Below, one piece after another: positions 63,793 through 64,000 of a stretch of 64,000 nucleotides of DNA. The DNA is taken from NCBI GenBank assembly GCA_036785375.1, contig JAWMAR010000082.1, positions 6,138,001 to 6,202,000 of the forward strand, in the 5' to 3' direction. Made by a program: the position numbers and the translations under genes. The notes beneath the pieces were generated by a model. It saw nothing but the letters and a program-made list of their open reading frames with translations, had not been told where the DNA came from and did no database searches. This DNA is from Leucoraja ocellata. Lineage: Eukaryota. The number at the start of each line of letters is the position of its first letter. Position 1 is the first letter of the stretch.

Positions 63793-64000
63793 GTAAGAAT
63801 TGTGACTAAACCCCTCCCTGGCTCAACAGAAGCAAGGAAAGATTTGTTGGATCCTATTAAGATTATCCTTTTAAACTCTTCTGAATAATTGGAGGAAGAT
63901 TGCTGTGGAAAAGGAAAGGGGAGGAGAAGAGGAGGAGAGCAATTTTAATTTCAACCAAAGGGACTACGCCTGTTCTTTGATCTGCAGCCGATGGACTTAA

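Overview
This is a vertebrate nuclear window, AT-rich and CpG-poor and mostly intronic or intergenic. The repeat content (HE1/V-SINE-type SINEs, CR1, Rex1/Babar and RTE LINE fragments, Penelope-derived palindromes) points to a cartilaginous fish, probably a skate or ray; that is an inference from repeat families recognised from memory. No complete gene is present. There is one good + strand internal exon (44626-44775, product not recognised) and two weaker phase-compatible exon candidates. Most ORFs in the track are chance ORFs or retroelement remnants. The standout feature is a young 2970-bp Ty3/Gypsy LTR element (58233-61202, - strand, 5-bp TSD, about 99% identical LTRs). Its primer-binding site is not the usual ~18 nt but a 52-nt copy of the 3' half of tRNA-Leu(CAA), fused directly into the RT domain so that the leader, gag and protease are missing. 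It integrated into the hammerhead-ribozyme-like motif of a Penelope-derived repeat. The window also holds three related Harbinger-type MITEs, a foldback element, a back-to-back pair of Helitron-like elements, LF-SINE-like relics and a 171-N gap. Boundaries of degenerate repeats are approximate.
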